From Bacteroidales bacterium UBA1715 (lineage in GTDB: Bacteria > Bacteroidota > Bacteroidia > Bacteroidales > UBA1715), in the NCBI GenBank assembly GCA_002317135.1, contig DCIX01000025.1:64302-128301 (forward strand): 64,000 bases of DNA, read 5' to 3'. Shown piece by piece: positions 15,511 through 26,637 of this stretch. Made by a program: the position numbers and the translations under genes. The first letter of the stretch is position 1, and each line of letters begins with the position of its first letter. Under the pieces are notes generated by a model, which was not told where the DNA came from, searched no databases, and was given only the letters and a program-made list of their open reading frames with translations.

Positions 15511-16590
15511 TCAGTTCTCCTGTTTTTTCGCGAACAATTGCTTATCGATATAAACTTTATCTAGTCCAAGAATATTTAAGTGATTGGTACACAAATTCTT
15601 CACATATTTTCGTGTGATATTATAATGTCGCTGTGCACCGTACAGTGTTATACCATTTGCATCAGAAATTTCATATTCCATTTCGGCAGGGAAACTTGCC
15701 ACAATTGCAGGAACTTTCTCTCCTGGAATAAGCAAAATCGCGTCAATTTCATTATTCACAAACAATTCGACCTCATCGTCCAAAGTCTTTACTTTTGTAA
15801 TTCGCACAGAATCCAAATACGGCAATCGACAATTATCACCATCTTTTTCAAAATAGTATGTGCTTTTTATAAATCGAAACTCTACACTATCGTGTTCATA
15901 AGAAAACGGCCCAACATTTACTGTCGATTCCATACCATATTTCTCAACTGCCTCAAAAGGGATAATAGAAGCCGCAGGATATGCAAGATTTTGCAAGAAA
16001 TGAGCTGATGGTTTATCCAAAGTAACCGTTAGTGTATGGTCATCTATCACTTTTATTCCAGCAATACGACTTGTATCGCGTTGTTCATCTGTCATTGAAA
16101 AGTACTCCTTTGCCCCCTGAATGCGATATACTGTATTTGTGAAATTCGTTGTACTATAATGCGGATTTGCAAGCAAATGAAACGTATATTTTACATCGTA
16201 TGCAGTGACTTTTCTTGTCATAGAACGGCCGAAACAATCGTCTTTGTTAAATTGTGCAGTGGTATCCAGATAGAATGTGTAAACCAATCCAGAATTGTCC
16301 ACCTCCCAATTTCGACAAAGTGCATTTTCAACCTCAACAGTAACAGGATTTATCTTAAAAAGTCCCGTATAAAACATACTGGCAAAACATTTTTCCAACT
16401 CACTACCAATTGTCGGAGGGAAAATATAGTCGTCAAATGTATATCGAAAAACCGCAAGACGTAAAGTGCCACCACTCTTCCCGCTTTCCTGTTTTTTGAG
16501 CGTGTTCGCACAAGAAACAACAAGCAACGAAAGCACAACAAAAACAAGCCATTTACACCTATACAATTTGGAAAACTGCATTATAATCAA
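15511..16590 (-). CDS. Family-5-like solute-binding lipoprotein, unusually short (about 355 aa)
   Basis: Lipobox LLVVSC. The N-terminal half resembles peptide/nickel SBP family 5. The start may be M4 (16581). Confidence 0.5.
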   Translation of the reverse strand: MIIMQFSKLYRCKWLVFVVLSLLVVSCANTLKKQESGKSGGTLRLAVFRYTFDDYIFPPTIGSELEKCFASMFYTGLFKINPVTVEVENALCRNWEVDNSGLVYTFYLDTTAQFNKDDCFGRSMTRKVTAYDVKYTFHLLANPHYSTTNFTNTVYRIQGAKEYFSMTDEQRDTSRIAGIKVIDDHTLTVTLDKPSAHFLQNLAYPAASIIPFEAVEKYGMESTVNVGPFSYEHDSVEFRFIKSTYYFEKDGDNCRLPYLDSVRITKVKTLDDEVELFVNNEIDAILLIPGEKVPAIVASFPAEMEYEISDANGITLYGAQRHYNITRKYVKNLCTNHLNILGLDKVYIDKQLFAKKQEN

Positions 16591-17002
16591 TTAGTTGTTT
16601 TTTAGAAAGATTCGCTACCGAAACCTTTTGCATAAAGGTAATCTCACGACAAGTATGTAATTTCTTTTGTAACCAACGGATTTGTGCCTCTGAAAAAACG
16701 GGTGAAATCTTTATAAAGAACGTCACCGTTCTCATAAAAGCAAACAACGGTCCTTCTTCTGTTTTATTTACAACAACAGAGACTTCATATCGTTTTTCTT
16801 CATCAAAATAAGAGAAAATCAACGGATTTGTTTCTTTTTCGTTTATCGTGATAGGAGCAATAGGTTTGCATACCAAATCAATTTCAAACAAACGATTAAG
16901 CAAGGCACAAAATTTATAATCAGGTAATACGGTACCGATAGCAAAAACTTCATAGAAATCAGCCTGTGGAGTATGTTTTATTGTCACTTGCTTCTTTATC
17001 AT
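16559..17002 (-). CDS. IPExxxVDY-family protein (tentative)
   Basis: FAIGTVLPDYKFCALLN resembles the family hallmark (from memory). Start set at MIKKQ (17002), forming an ATGA overlap with the upstream hydrolase stop. Confidence 0.45.
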   Translation of the reverse strand: MIKKQVTIKHTPQADFYEVFAIGTVLPDYKFCALLNRLFEIDLVCKPIAPITINEKETNPLIFSYFDEEKRYEVSVVVNKTEEGPLFAFMRTVTFFIKISPVFSEAQIRWLQKKLHTCREITFMQKVSVANLSKKQLIDYNAVFQIV

Positions 17003-17730
17003 TTGAAATCCTTTAAGAAAAACAATAAACTCAACCAAAACGACTCATTCCCGTCCGACTCCCACCACAACGATTTAGCGCCATGTTCTTTCGTATTTTT
17101 ATCTGGACGGAATACAACTTTCTTTTTTGTAGCAACATCTTTCACCATTGCCGAAACATACGAGTATTCGTTGCGATTACATGCAACATACAATGGAATC
17201 TGCAATGGTTTCACATATTCCGCCATGCTCATTTCCCCAAAATATTCTCCTGGACTATACGCAATTACTGCCTTAAACAAAGAACTACTATCGACAGCGA
17301 CTTTTAGACACAAGGAACCAGAAAATGAACTACCAAGTAAAAATAATTCGGCATTAGGATTCTCTGAACGAACATAATTGATTGCAGCAAGAATATCTTT
17401 CTCACAATCAAGCATAGACACAGCATAATTGCCAGATTTTGCAAGCATAGCCGTTTCGTTATTGATGAAGTTCACTTCATTCCCATAGCGCAAATCAACA
17501 GCAACACAATTATAATCAAGTTTGACCAAACGTTTTGCTATCTGTTGAAATTCACCTCTACTACATTCCGCTTGATGAAACAAAAGCATATATTTATTCG
17601 AAGGCTCAAATGTTTCATACACGTCGGCAGTGATAGAAAGACCATCAGCAGCAGTAAATGTCACGATTTTCTGTCCCCAAACCGTGAAGACAAAACACAA
17701 CGACAATACTATTGCAAATAGTTTCTTCAT
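16999..17730 (-). CDS. Secreted alpha/beta hydrolase (dienelactone-hydrolase-like)
   Basis: Signal peptide and a nucleophile elbow GSSFSG. Confidence 0.65.
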   Translation of the reverse strand: MKKLFAIVLSLCFVFTVWGQKIVTFTAADGLSITADVYETFEPSNKYMLLFHQAECSRGEFQQIAKRLVKLDYNCVAVDLRYGNEVNFINNETAMLAKSGNYAVSMLDCEKDILAAINYVRSENPNAELFLLGSSFSGSLCLKVAVDSSSLFKAVIAYSPGEYFGEMSMAEYVKPLQIPLYVACNRNEYSYVSAMVKDVATKKKVVFRPDKNTKEHGAKSLWWESDGNESFWLSLLFFLKDFK

Positions 17731-17745
17731 ATTTCTTATTATACC

Positions 17746-17776
17746 AAAAAAGCCACTATTGGATTAGTGGCTTTTT
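17746..17776 (-). terminator. Intrinsic terminator downstream of atpC
   Basis: Stem agccacta/tagtggct flanked by an A-run and a T-run. Confidence 0.65.
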
Positions 17777-17795
17777 GAATGTGTCCCAATGTATA

Positions 17796-18032
17796 TTATT
17801 CAACTAATACGATTACCTTATTTGCTGACTGCTCAACAACACCTCCACCAATTTCAAATGTTTGTTGTTGGTTTTGGTCGTCAACTATTGTAATAGTTCC
17901 AGCAGCCAATGTTGCCACGATAGGAGCGTGATTTTCCAACATACCAAAAGAGCCATTGCTACCTGGCAAATTGATTTCTTTTGCCGTTCCTGAGTACAAT
18001 TTTTCTGTTGGGGTAATAATATCGATTGTCAT
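17796..18032 (-). CDS. atpC: F0F1 ATP synthase subunit epsilon (short form)
   Basis: Position directly after atpD. The beta-sandwich N-domain sequence is IITPTEKLYSGTAKEINLPGSNGSFGMLENHAPIV. Confidence 0.85.
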   Translation of the reverse strand: MTIDIITPTEKLYSGTAKEINLPGSNGSFGMLENHAPIVATLAAGTITIVDDQNQQQTFEIGGGVVEQSANKVIVLVE

Positions 18033-18043
18033 AATTGCAAATA

Positions 18044-19636
<1,593 letters not shown>

Positions 19637-19937
19637 TTATTCCACATTATAGAAAAAAGCAGAAGCCACAAAATATGACTTCTGCAATGGGGCGGTATCG
19701 CGAGATTTTCTGTCTGTGTCATTTTGCCCCTCAACGACACAGTTACAATGATTGGCAGGACAAAGATTACACTATTTTTACACTCTACAAAATGCCCTAT
19801 AGCCGCATTTTTCCAAGTAATACGGAGTATTATGATTTCGTTTGAAATCCTACAATATTTTTATGATTATTCTGTAAAAAAAATTTAATTATCCTTTAAG
19901 ACTTACGTCTTACCATTTCCTTTTTTTTACTACAGGT

Positions 19938-19967
19938 AAAAAAAAGAGACGGTGTGCAACCGTCTCT
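19938..19967 (-). terminator. Intrinsic terminator downstream of feoAB
   Basis: Stem agagacgg/ccgtctct with a 7-nt loop, followed on the minus strand by a run of 7 T. Confidence 0.7.
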
Positions 19968-19993
19968 ACAACAAAATCAAGACCTACAAATTA

Positions 19994-22405
19994 TTACAAT
20001 AACAAACTACCTATTGTGTAAACTACAAACGCCAAAAGCCACGCTACAGCCGTATTATAAATAACAGTAAACGCAGCCCAACGCTTTTTCCCCGACTCAC
20101 CATAAACAGCGCTAATTGTTGCCATACAAGGGAAAGTCAACAGCATAAACACCATCATTGCCATTGCAGAAGCGGCAGTAAATGTTCCCGCACTGAGAAT
20201 ATTTTCTCCCAAAGTATCTTCGTCTTCATTTCCATATAAAACGCCAAGTGTACTCACTGCAATTTCTTTAGCTGGAAGACTTGCAACAACAGCGACACTA
20301 GCACGCCAGTCAAAGCCAAGCGGCTTCATTACTGGTTCCAATAATTTTCCAAACTTGCCCAAATATGAATCTTCGCAATTCTTTGCATCTGCAGGTGCTT
20401 CTACCATTACAACTTCGCCAGTTTCTGTAGTTTGTTCTACCAATGGTCGAGGGAAATAGGTAAGCACCCACACAATTATAGTTGCAGTAAGAATAACTGT
20501 GCCTATCTTTTTCAAATATTCAAAACATTTATCCCACATGTGTTTTAACACAGCTATAACTGTTGGCATTCTATATGGAGGAAGTTCCATCACAAATGGT
20601 GTTTCATCTTCGCCAAACTTTATAGCACGAAGGATTTTCGCGGTAAATGCAGCAACCAAAATTCCCAATAAATACAATAGTATCATAACTGTAGCTGCAT
20701 GATTCGGGAAGAATGTACCAGCAAACAACACATATATAGGTAAACGAGCACTACAAGACATAAATGGCACTATCAACATGGTTATCAGTCGACTACTACG
20801 GCTTTCTATCGTTCTCGTAGCCATAATTGCAGGAGCATTACAGCCAAAGCCCATCAACATCGGGATGAAAGATTTGCCATGTAAACCCATTTTGTGCATC
20901 AAACTATCCATAATAAATGCCGCACGCGACATATATCCAGAGTCTTCCATTAAAGAAATAAAGAAGTACAGCAACAAGATATTTGGCACAAATGAACATA
21001 CTGCTCCAACACCTGCAAGAATGCCATCAACTAATAACGAACGCCAAGCAGAATCCGACATAATTGAATTCAATACGTCTGTCAATGCAGTGAATCCCAT
21101 ATCTATCCATTCTTGTGGATATGAGCCTAATTGGAATGTCACAAAGAACATCAGCCACATAATAAATATGAACAATGGAAAACCAAACCACTTGTTCGCA
21201 ACCATACGGTCAATTTTACGGGACACTCTATTGATATCGATTTTACCTTCTTCAAAAGTTTCTTGCAATGCACCAGAAATAAAGCCATATTTGGCATCGC
21301 TTATGGCTGTTTCTATATCGTTACTCAATTCTCTTTCAATTGTTTGCCGAGATTTTTCTGCAACATTCTCCCATTCTTTGAATTGTTTGCAAGATTGTAG
21401 GACAGAAACTGCTTCCGTATCTCCTTCTATCAATTTTATAGACCAATAACGGGCAGGAAATTGCTGAGGCAAGTCATCTACGGTATGCAAGGCAGATGAC
21501 AAGGCACGAATTTCTGGTTCCATTACCGTACCATAATTAATATGTATATGACGAGTATGTTGATCGTGTTCTTTTTCCTCGAAAACAGAGATAATTGTAT
21601 CGAGCAAGTCATTCAAACCCTGACCATTTTTTGCCACAGTCGGGACCATCGGAATACCCAACATAGAGCCAAGAGTATTGTAATCAAGAGTTGCTCCACT
21701 TGCCGACAATTCGTCGTACATATTCAAAGCAACAACAACACGCTGACTAAGGTCAATCAACTCTGTTGTCAAATATAAATTTCGTTCAAGATTTGAAGCA
21801 ACTACCGCATTTACAATAACATCGGGCATAGTTTGCTGTAAATGTCGGCGAACATAGACCTCTTCTGGGGAATATGCTGACAATGAATATGTTCCTGGCA
21901 AATCTGTAACATTGAAATGGTAACCTTTATAGTTAAAATGTCCTGTTTTTACATCAACAGTGACACCGCTATAATTACCAACATGTTCATTCCCTCCCGA
22001 AAGAGCATTAAACAACGACGTCTTGCCACTATTTGGATTTCCAACAAAGGCAATATTTATAATGTTACGCTGCGTTGTTTTATGAAAATCTTTCTTGCAA
22101 CTGCCACAACAGCCACAATCATCACACGAAAAATAGGTAGGAGCACTTGCATCTTCACCAGAAATCAATGCGTCGGCCATATCTTCCGACAAAACTTCAA
22201 TCAAGTCCGCCTCTGCACGACGGAGCGACACATCATACCCCATAATTAGGTATTTTATAGGATCGTTCGTAGGAGCATTTATTACCGAGGTAACCTTATG
22301 ACCACGCACAAAGCCCATTTCCATAATTCGTTTACGAAAACCGCCATGGCCCGAAACCCTTACAATTACCGCCGACTCACCGTTCTTTAACTCCGATAAC
22401 TTCAT
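19994..22405 (-). CDS. feoB: Ferrous iron transporter, FeoA-FeoB fusion
   Basis: N-terminal FeoA (LSELKNGESAVIVRV), G-domain GNPNSGKTSLFN, and polytopic C-terminal permease. A Cys-rich linker CDDCGCCGSC joins FeoA and FeoB. Confidence 0.95.
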   Translation of the reverse strand: MKLSELKNGESAVIVRVSGHGGFRKRIMEMGFVRGHKVTSVINAPTNDPIKYLIMGYDVSLRRAEADLIEVLSEDMADALISGEDASAPTYFSCDDCGCCGSCKKDFHKTTQRNIINIAFVGNPNSGKTSLFNALSGGNEHVGNYSGVTVDVKTGHFNYKGYHFNVTDLPGTYSLSAYSPEEVYVRRHLQQTMPDVIVNAVVASNLERNLYLTTELIDLSQRVVVALNMYDELSASGATLDYNTLGSMLGIPMVPTVAKNGQGLNDLLDTIISVFEEKEHDQHTRHIHINYGTVMEPEIRALSSALHTVDDLPQQFPARYWSIKLIEGDTEAVSVLQSCKQFKEWENVAEKSRQTIERELSNDIETAISDAKYGFISGALQETFEEGKIDINRVSRKIDRMVANKWFGFPLFIFIMWLMFFVTFQLGSYPQEWIDMGFTALTDVLNSIMSDSAWRSLLVDGILAGVGAVCSFVPNILLLYFFISLMEDSGYMSRAAFIMDSLMHKMGLHGKSFIPMLMGFGCNAPAIMATRTIESRSSRLITMLIVPFMSCSARLPIYVLFAGTFFPNHAATVMILLYLLGILVAAFTAKILRAIKFGEDETPFVMELPPYRMPTVIAVLKHMWDKCFEYLKKIGTVILTATIIVWVLTYFPRPLVEQTTETGEVVMVEAPADAKNCEDSYLGKFGKLLEPVMKPLGFDWRASVAVVASLPAKEIAVSTLGVLYGNEDEDTLGENILSAGTFTAASAMAMMVFMLLTFPCMATISAVYGESGKKRWAAFTVIYNTAVAWLLAFVVYTIGSLLL

Positions 22406-22424
22406 ATCCTATAAATTTCTTGCA

Positions 22425-22432
22425 CAAACATA
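22425..22432 (-). promoter_or_regulatory. -7 promoter box (TATGTTTG on minus strand) for feoAB
   Basis: Plus-strand caaacata, 20 nt upstream of ATG 22405. Confidence 0.45.
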
Positions 22433-22503
22433 CACACAAGCAGAAAATTATGCAATCACTATTTGTTGTGATTTCTTTCTTTTTTAATGAATACAAAAAT
22501 TTA

Positions 22504-22511
22504 TATCTTTG
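22504..22511 (+). promoter_or_regulatory. -7 promoter box TATCTTTG for the TPR-PP2C gene
   Basis: Matches TAnnTTTG, 24 nt upstream of ATG 22535. It lies inside the longer ORF, arguing against the 22487 start. Confidence 0.45.
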
Positions 22512-22534
22512 ACTCAAGAATGTTCTTTATAAAA

Positions 22535-25108
22535 ATGAAAAAAATCTTTTCACTATTACTCCTTTGTTGTTCCGTGTTTTCTTATGCGCAAACACAAAAT
22601 ACCATTGATAGTCTTGAAAATACGCTTAAGACAGCCAAAGGAGACAATAAAATTACGACACTACAAAAACTGTCGGTTTTGTATCTGAACGAATCGCCAC
22701 AAAAAGCATTCGAAACTGCATATAAATCATTCTATTACACTTCATTTAGCACAAATTCAACATTACTTTCCGATGCCTATTACACCATTGGATACCTTCA
22801 TTCTAAAACAAGTTCCTTAGATTCGGCAAAGTTTTATTTCAACAAAGCATTACAAACAAGCGAAACAAACGAACAAACAGCCAAAGTGCTTGACAACCTT
22901 GGTATAATTTACAGAGAATTAAGCAATTACGACTCATCGCTCGTTTGCCACGAACAAGCTTTAAAATTAGAACAAGTTATCGGCGACCGCGAAGCTATCT
23001 CGGTCTGCTACAAAAACATAGGCAACGTACACATGCAAATGGCTCAATACGAAGATGCTTTAGAATACTACAAACTTGCCTGCGAACAACGATCCACCGA
23101 AAACGACCAAAAAGCAATTGCCTCGTTATACAATAACATGAGCAACGCACTCGTTGGACTTAACCAATATGGCGACGCATTGTCATATTTAACACAAGCT
23201 GTTGATTTACAAGCACAAATCGGCGATAAAGCCGACGAAGCCTATACACTAAACGGCATCGGTAACTTCTATTTCCGATTAAAAGTTTACGACAAAGCCC
23301 AAGAATATTATACCAAAGCACTTGATTTGCGTCTGCAAGTTGGAGACAAAAACGATATTGCCGCATCGCAGTTCAATATTGCTACTGTTCACAGAGATTT
23401 AGGAAACTATAGAGAAGCACTTAAATACTATGAGCAGGCGTTGGAATTGCGTAAGCAAACCGACAACAAAGAAGCACAAGCATTGATTTACAATGCCATA
23501 GGCGGAACCTACAAAAATCAAAAAGCGTATCAGAAAGCAATAGACAACTATTTTTTTGCATTGGAAATCAATGAAAAAATTGGCGGGAAAAAGAATATTG
23601 CCAGTTCATACGAACGACTTGGTATGATTTATAAAGACACCTGCTTATATGACAAAGCAGCAAACTACTATCAAAAGGCAATTCAAGAATATCTTGCCAT
23701 TGGCGACACGCTTAATGTGGGCAGAATGTATAATTTCTATGGAAACCTCAACAAAGAAAAAGGCGACATGACTGCCGCAATGCAATGCTACGAGAAAGCA
23801 ATGCATTTCTACCAGCACAATACTCTCGGATTGGCCTACACAACATTCAACCAAGGAAAAATAACAAACTCAGAATCTCATTATACACGAGCATTAGGAT
23901 TTGCCGAACAATGTGAAGAAAAAACCTTGGTACGCGACATATTATTTGCCTTATACACGCTTAAAAAACAGCAAAATAATACAGAACAATCTTTGTCGTA
24001 TTACGAACGATTTGTCGCTTTAAAAGATTCTATAGAAAATGACAAAAACAGGGAACGAATCGCAGAACTTGAATTTGAATCAGACATAAAAGTATTGGAA
24101 CACGAAAACGAGAACCAACTGCTCCGTCTGCACGAAGAAGAATTGAAAAACACACAAATCCATACGTTAATCGGATTTCTTTGTCTGATTTTACTTGCAA
24201 TTTTGGGATTTTTCATCATACTCTACAAGCAATTATCGCAAAAGAAAAACGCATTTAATCTATTGACTCAAAAACAATTAGAAGTTGAATCCGCATACAG
24301 CGATGTTAAAAAAGTGAATGAAGCTTTAGCACACAAAAACTCACAGATAACGGATAGTTTAACATACGCAAAACGCATACAAAAATCCATTCTACCTTCG
24401 GAAACAGACATTGCTACTGTTTTCCCGCAACATTTCATCTATTATCTTCCAAAAGAAATAGTTAGCGGTGATTTCTATTGGTTCTCGCAAACGGATTCGT
24501 ATGTATTTTTTGCAGCAATTGACTGTACTGGTCACGGAGTTCCAGGAGCATGTATGTCGATGGTAGGCAATACTTTACTAAACCAAATTATTAACGAAAG
24601 TAAAATCACTTCGCCTGCGGAGATATTGAATCAACTTGACAGCGAAGTTATCAAGACATTGCATCAAAACGGAGACAACAACTCGCAAGAAGATGGTATG
24701 GCAATTTCGCTCATTCGTTACGACAAAAGTAAATCCGAGATTGTGTTTGCTGGTGCCGGACAAAAAATTCTCATCCATCAAAACAATGAATTGCAAGAAT
24801 ATACAACATCACTGTATAGCATTGGTGGAATGCATGCTTATAAGCAAACAAAAAACATTACTTTCGAAGAAATAGTCATTCCAGTAGAAACTGGTGCAAC
24901 AATCTATCTATATTCCGACGGATATGCCGACCAGTTTGGACACGAGAAAAACGAACGATTCTCTTCGCAAAAATTCAAACAAATGATTGCCGATATGCAG
25001 GCAATGGATATGTCGGAGCAGTTTATGAATGTGTCAAGAACATTTGATGCTTGGAAAGGTAGCGAGAAACAAATTGACGACATTCTTGTTGTTGGTTTAA
25101 AACTATAA
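22535..25108 (+). CDS. TPR-repeat sensor protein with TM helix and C-terminal PP2C/SpoIIE-type Ser/Thr phosphatase domain
   Basis: Signal peptide and about 10 TPR units (AxxYYxxAL pattern). TM segment LIGFLCLILLAILGFFIIL. SpoIIE blocks are SGDFYWF and DCTGHGVPGA. Confidence 0.85.
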   Translation: MKKIFSLLLLCCSVFSYAQTQNTIDSLENTLKTAKGDNKITTLQKLSVLYLNESPQKAFETAYKSFYYTSFSTNSTLLSDAYYTIGYLHSKTSSLDSAKFYFNKALQTSETNEQTAKVLDNLGIIYRELSNYDSSLVCHEQALKLEQVIGDREAISVCYKNIGNVHMQMAQYEDALEYYKLACEQRSTENDQKAIASLYNNMSNALVGLNQYGDALSYLTQAVDLQAQIGDKADEAYTLNGIGNFYFRLKVYDKAQEYYTKALDLRLQVGDKNDIAASQFNIATVHRDLGNYREALKYYEQALELRKQTDNKEAQALIYNAIGGTYKNQKAYQKAIDNYFFALEINEKIGGKKNIASSYERLGMIYKDTCLYDKAANYYQKAIQEYLAIGDTLNVGRMYNFYGNLNKEKGDMTAAMQCYEKAMHFYQHNTLGLAYTTFNQGKITNSESHYTRALGFAEQCEEKTLVRDILFALYTLKKQQNNTEQSLSYYERFVALKDSIENDKNRERIAELEFESDIKVLEHENENQLLRLHEEELKNTQIHTLIGFLCLILLAILGFFIILYKQLSQKKNAFNLLTQKQLEVESAYSDVKKVNEALAHKNSQITDSLTYAKRIQKSILPSETDIATVFPQHFIYYLPKEIVSGDFYWFSQTDSYVFFAAIDCTGHGVPGACMSMVGNTLLNQIINESKITSPAEILNQLDSEVIKTLHQNGDNNSQEDGMAISLIRYDKSKSEIVFAGAGQKILIHQNNELQEYTTSLYSIGGMHAYKQTKNITFEEIVIPVETGATIYLYSDGYADQFGHEKNERFSSQKFKQMIADMQAMDMSEQFMNVSRTFDAWKGSEKQIDDILVVGLKL

Positions 25109-25110
25109 CT

Positions 25111-25773
25111 ATGGCGACACCGTTAGCAGAAGCATTGATTTTTATACGCCATCATCAAGATGGTGAAATTGCCGAAAAAATACGCGAAAGCGGCTTACAA
25201 TATAATATGAATTACGGCGTATCGTCGCTACTTTTGGCAAATTATGCCAAAGCACGCGAACGCAACCAAGAACTTGCCGACCAATTGTGGAAAGAGAATT
25301 TCCGTGAGGCAAAATTGCTGTCGTTTATGTTTGCCGAATATGAAAACTGTACCGATTCAATTGTACAGCAATACATTACAGGCTGTGTAAACAACGAAAT
25401 GGCGGAAATTGCCGTGACGTATTTTTTTGCAAAACTTGCCAATGCATTCGACTATGCAAAAGATTGGATTCTATCGGAAAACCGTTATATAAAAATGGCG
25501 GGGTACCTTACTCTTGTTCGCTTAACAATGACAAAAAAATTAAGCGATAAAAACGACGTATTGGTATTATTTCCAGCCATAGAAAAAGATATCGTTTCCG
25601 ACGATTACTTTGTATTTCAATCAGTTAGCAAGCTGTTACAAGAATTAGGATTCCGTTGTCCGGAACAGAAGCCATTATTAATTGAAAAATTACAATACAT
25701 TTGTGAGGAAAATAAATCCTCAAAATTTGAGTTACAACTAAACGAATTATTAGAAAACATACAAAACTTTTAA
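25111..25773 (+). CDS. DNA alkylation repair (AlkD-like HEAT repeat) family protein
   Basis: Length and helical-repeat pattern (WKENFREAKLLSFMFAEYE). Family assignment is from memory. Confidence 0.5.
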   Translation: MATPLAEALIFIRHHQDGEIAEKIRESGLQYNMNYGVSSLLLANYAKARERNQELADQLWKENFREAKLLSFMFAEYENCTDSIVQQYITGCVNNEMAEIAVTYFFAKLANAFDYAKDWILSENRYIKMAGYLTLVRLTMTKKLSDKNDVLVLFPAIEKDIVSDDYFVFQSVSKLLQELGFRCPEQKPLLIEKLQYICEENKSSKFELQLNELLENIQNF

Positions 25774-25784
25774 ATAGACACATT

Positions 25785-26528
25785 ATGGGAATGTTAGCAA
25801 AAACTTCGAATCCTGCATTTTCGGGTAATGTATTTGAACAACAAACTCGCACATTTGCAGCAAACTCTATGACTCTACAAGGTACAGTTAATAAGAGTTT
25901 AACATTATTAGGTCTTATTTTGGTAGCTGCCTTAGTCACATGGAAAATGGCTTTTGCAGGAAATGGAATGGTTATGCCATTGATGATTGGCGGTTTGATT
26001 GTTGGAACAATCAGTTCGTTCATTACCATTTTCAAGCCAGAGAAAGCAAAAGTAACTTCTGTTATCTACGCTATTGCCGAAGGTTTGGTATTAGGAGGTA
26101 TTTCTGCAGTTTACGAAATGGGTAATGGCATAGTATTCAATGCAATACTTCTTACCATAGGCGTATTTTTCGTGATGTTGTATTTGTACAAGCAACGCAT
26201 TATTCAACCAACACAAAAATTCATGATGGGCATAGTTGCCGCTACAGGAGCTATTGCAATTGTTTACCTAATTGACCTTGTAATGGGATTCTTCGGTTCG
26301 TCTATCGGATTCCTACACAGCAATGGTCCACTTGGAATTGGCATCAGCCTTATTATAGTTGCTGTTGCAGCACTAAACTTTATCCTTGACTTCAAGAATG
26401 TGGAAGACGGCGTTGCCAACGGTGCACCAGAATATATGGAATGGTACTGTGCATTCGGTCTTATGTTGACCTTGGTATGGTTATACTTGGAAATGCTACG
26501 ATTGCTTTCGAAATTGAATAGAGACTAG
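25785..26528 (+). CDS. Bax inhibitor-1/YccA family membrane protein
   Basis: N-terminal KTSNPAFSG followed by 6-7 TM helices, typical of this family in Bacteroidota. Confidence 0.7.
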   Translation: MGMLAKTSNPAFSGNVFEQQTRTFAANSMTLQGTVNKSLTLLGLILVAALVTWKMAFAGNGMVMPLMIGGLIVGTISSFITIFKPEKAKVTSVIYAIAEGLVLGGISAVYEMGNGIVFNAILLTIGVFFVMLYLYKQRIIQPTQKFMMGIVAATGAIAIVYLIDLVMGFFGSSIGFLHSNGPLGIGISLIIVAVAALNFILDFKNVEDGVANGAPEYMEWYCAFGLMLTLVWLYLEMLRLLSKLNRD

Positions 26529-26558
26529 GATAGTGATTAGTTATTAGTGATTAATAAG

Positions 26559-26590
26559 ACGCAGAATCAAGATTGGTTCTGCGTTTTTTA
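26559..26590 (+). terminator. Intrinsic terminator after the YccA-family gene
   Basis: Stem acgcagaa/ttctgcgt followed by TTTTTT. Confidence 0.7.
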
Positions 26591-26637
26591 TTGCATTGTT
26601 TCAATAAACAAAGTCAAACTTTTGTAAAAGAATAATC

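Noticed and set aside
19746-19883. 45-aa plus-strand ORF (MIGRTKITLFLHSTKCP...) in the atpD-feoB spacer.
   Set aside because: No promoter box and no recognisable features. It sits in a spacer between two minus-strand transcription units.
20778-21449. 223-aa plus-strand ORF, and several other 60-160-aa ORFs, antisense to feoB, atpD, polA, the adhesin and other long genes.
   Set aside because: They lie entirely within strongly supported genes on the opposite strand and have low-complexity, hydrophobic or Cys/Ile/Phe-rich translations typical of antisense frames in AT-rich DNA. They have no promoter boxes.
22440-22466. Possible Fur box (gaaaattatgcaatcactatttg) upstream of feoAB.
   Set aside because: It matches about 12 of 16 positions of the enterobacterial Fur consensus, and only with a gap, in an AT-rich context. 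Bacteroidales Fur-site preferences are not well enough known to me to call it.
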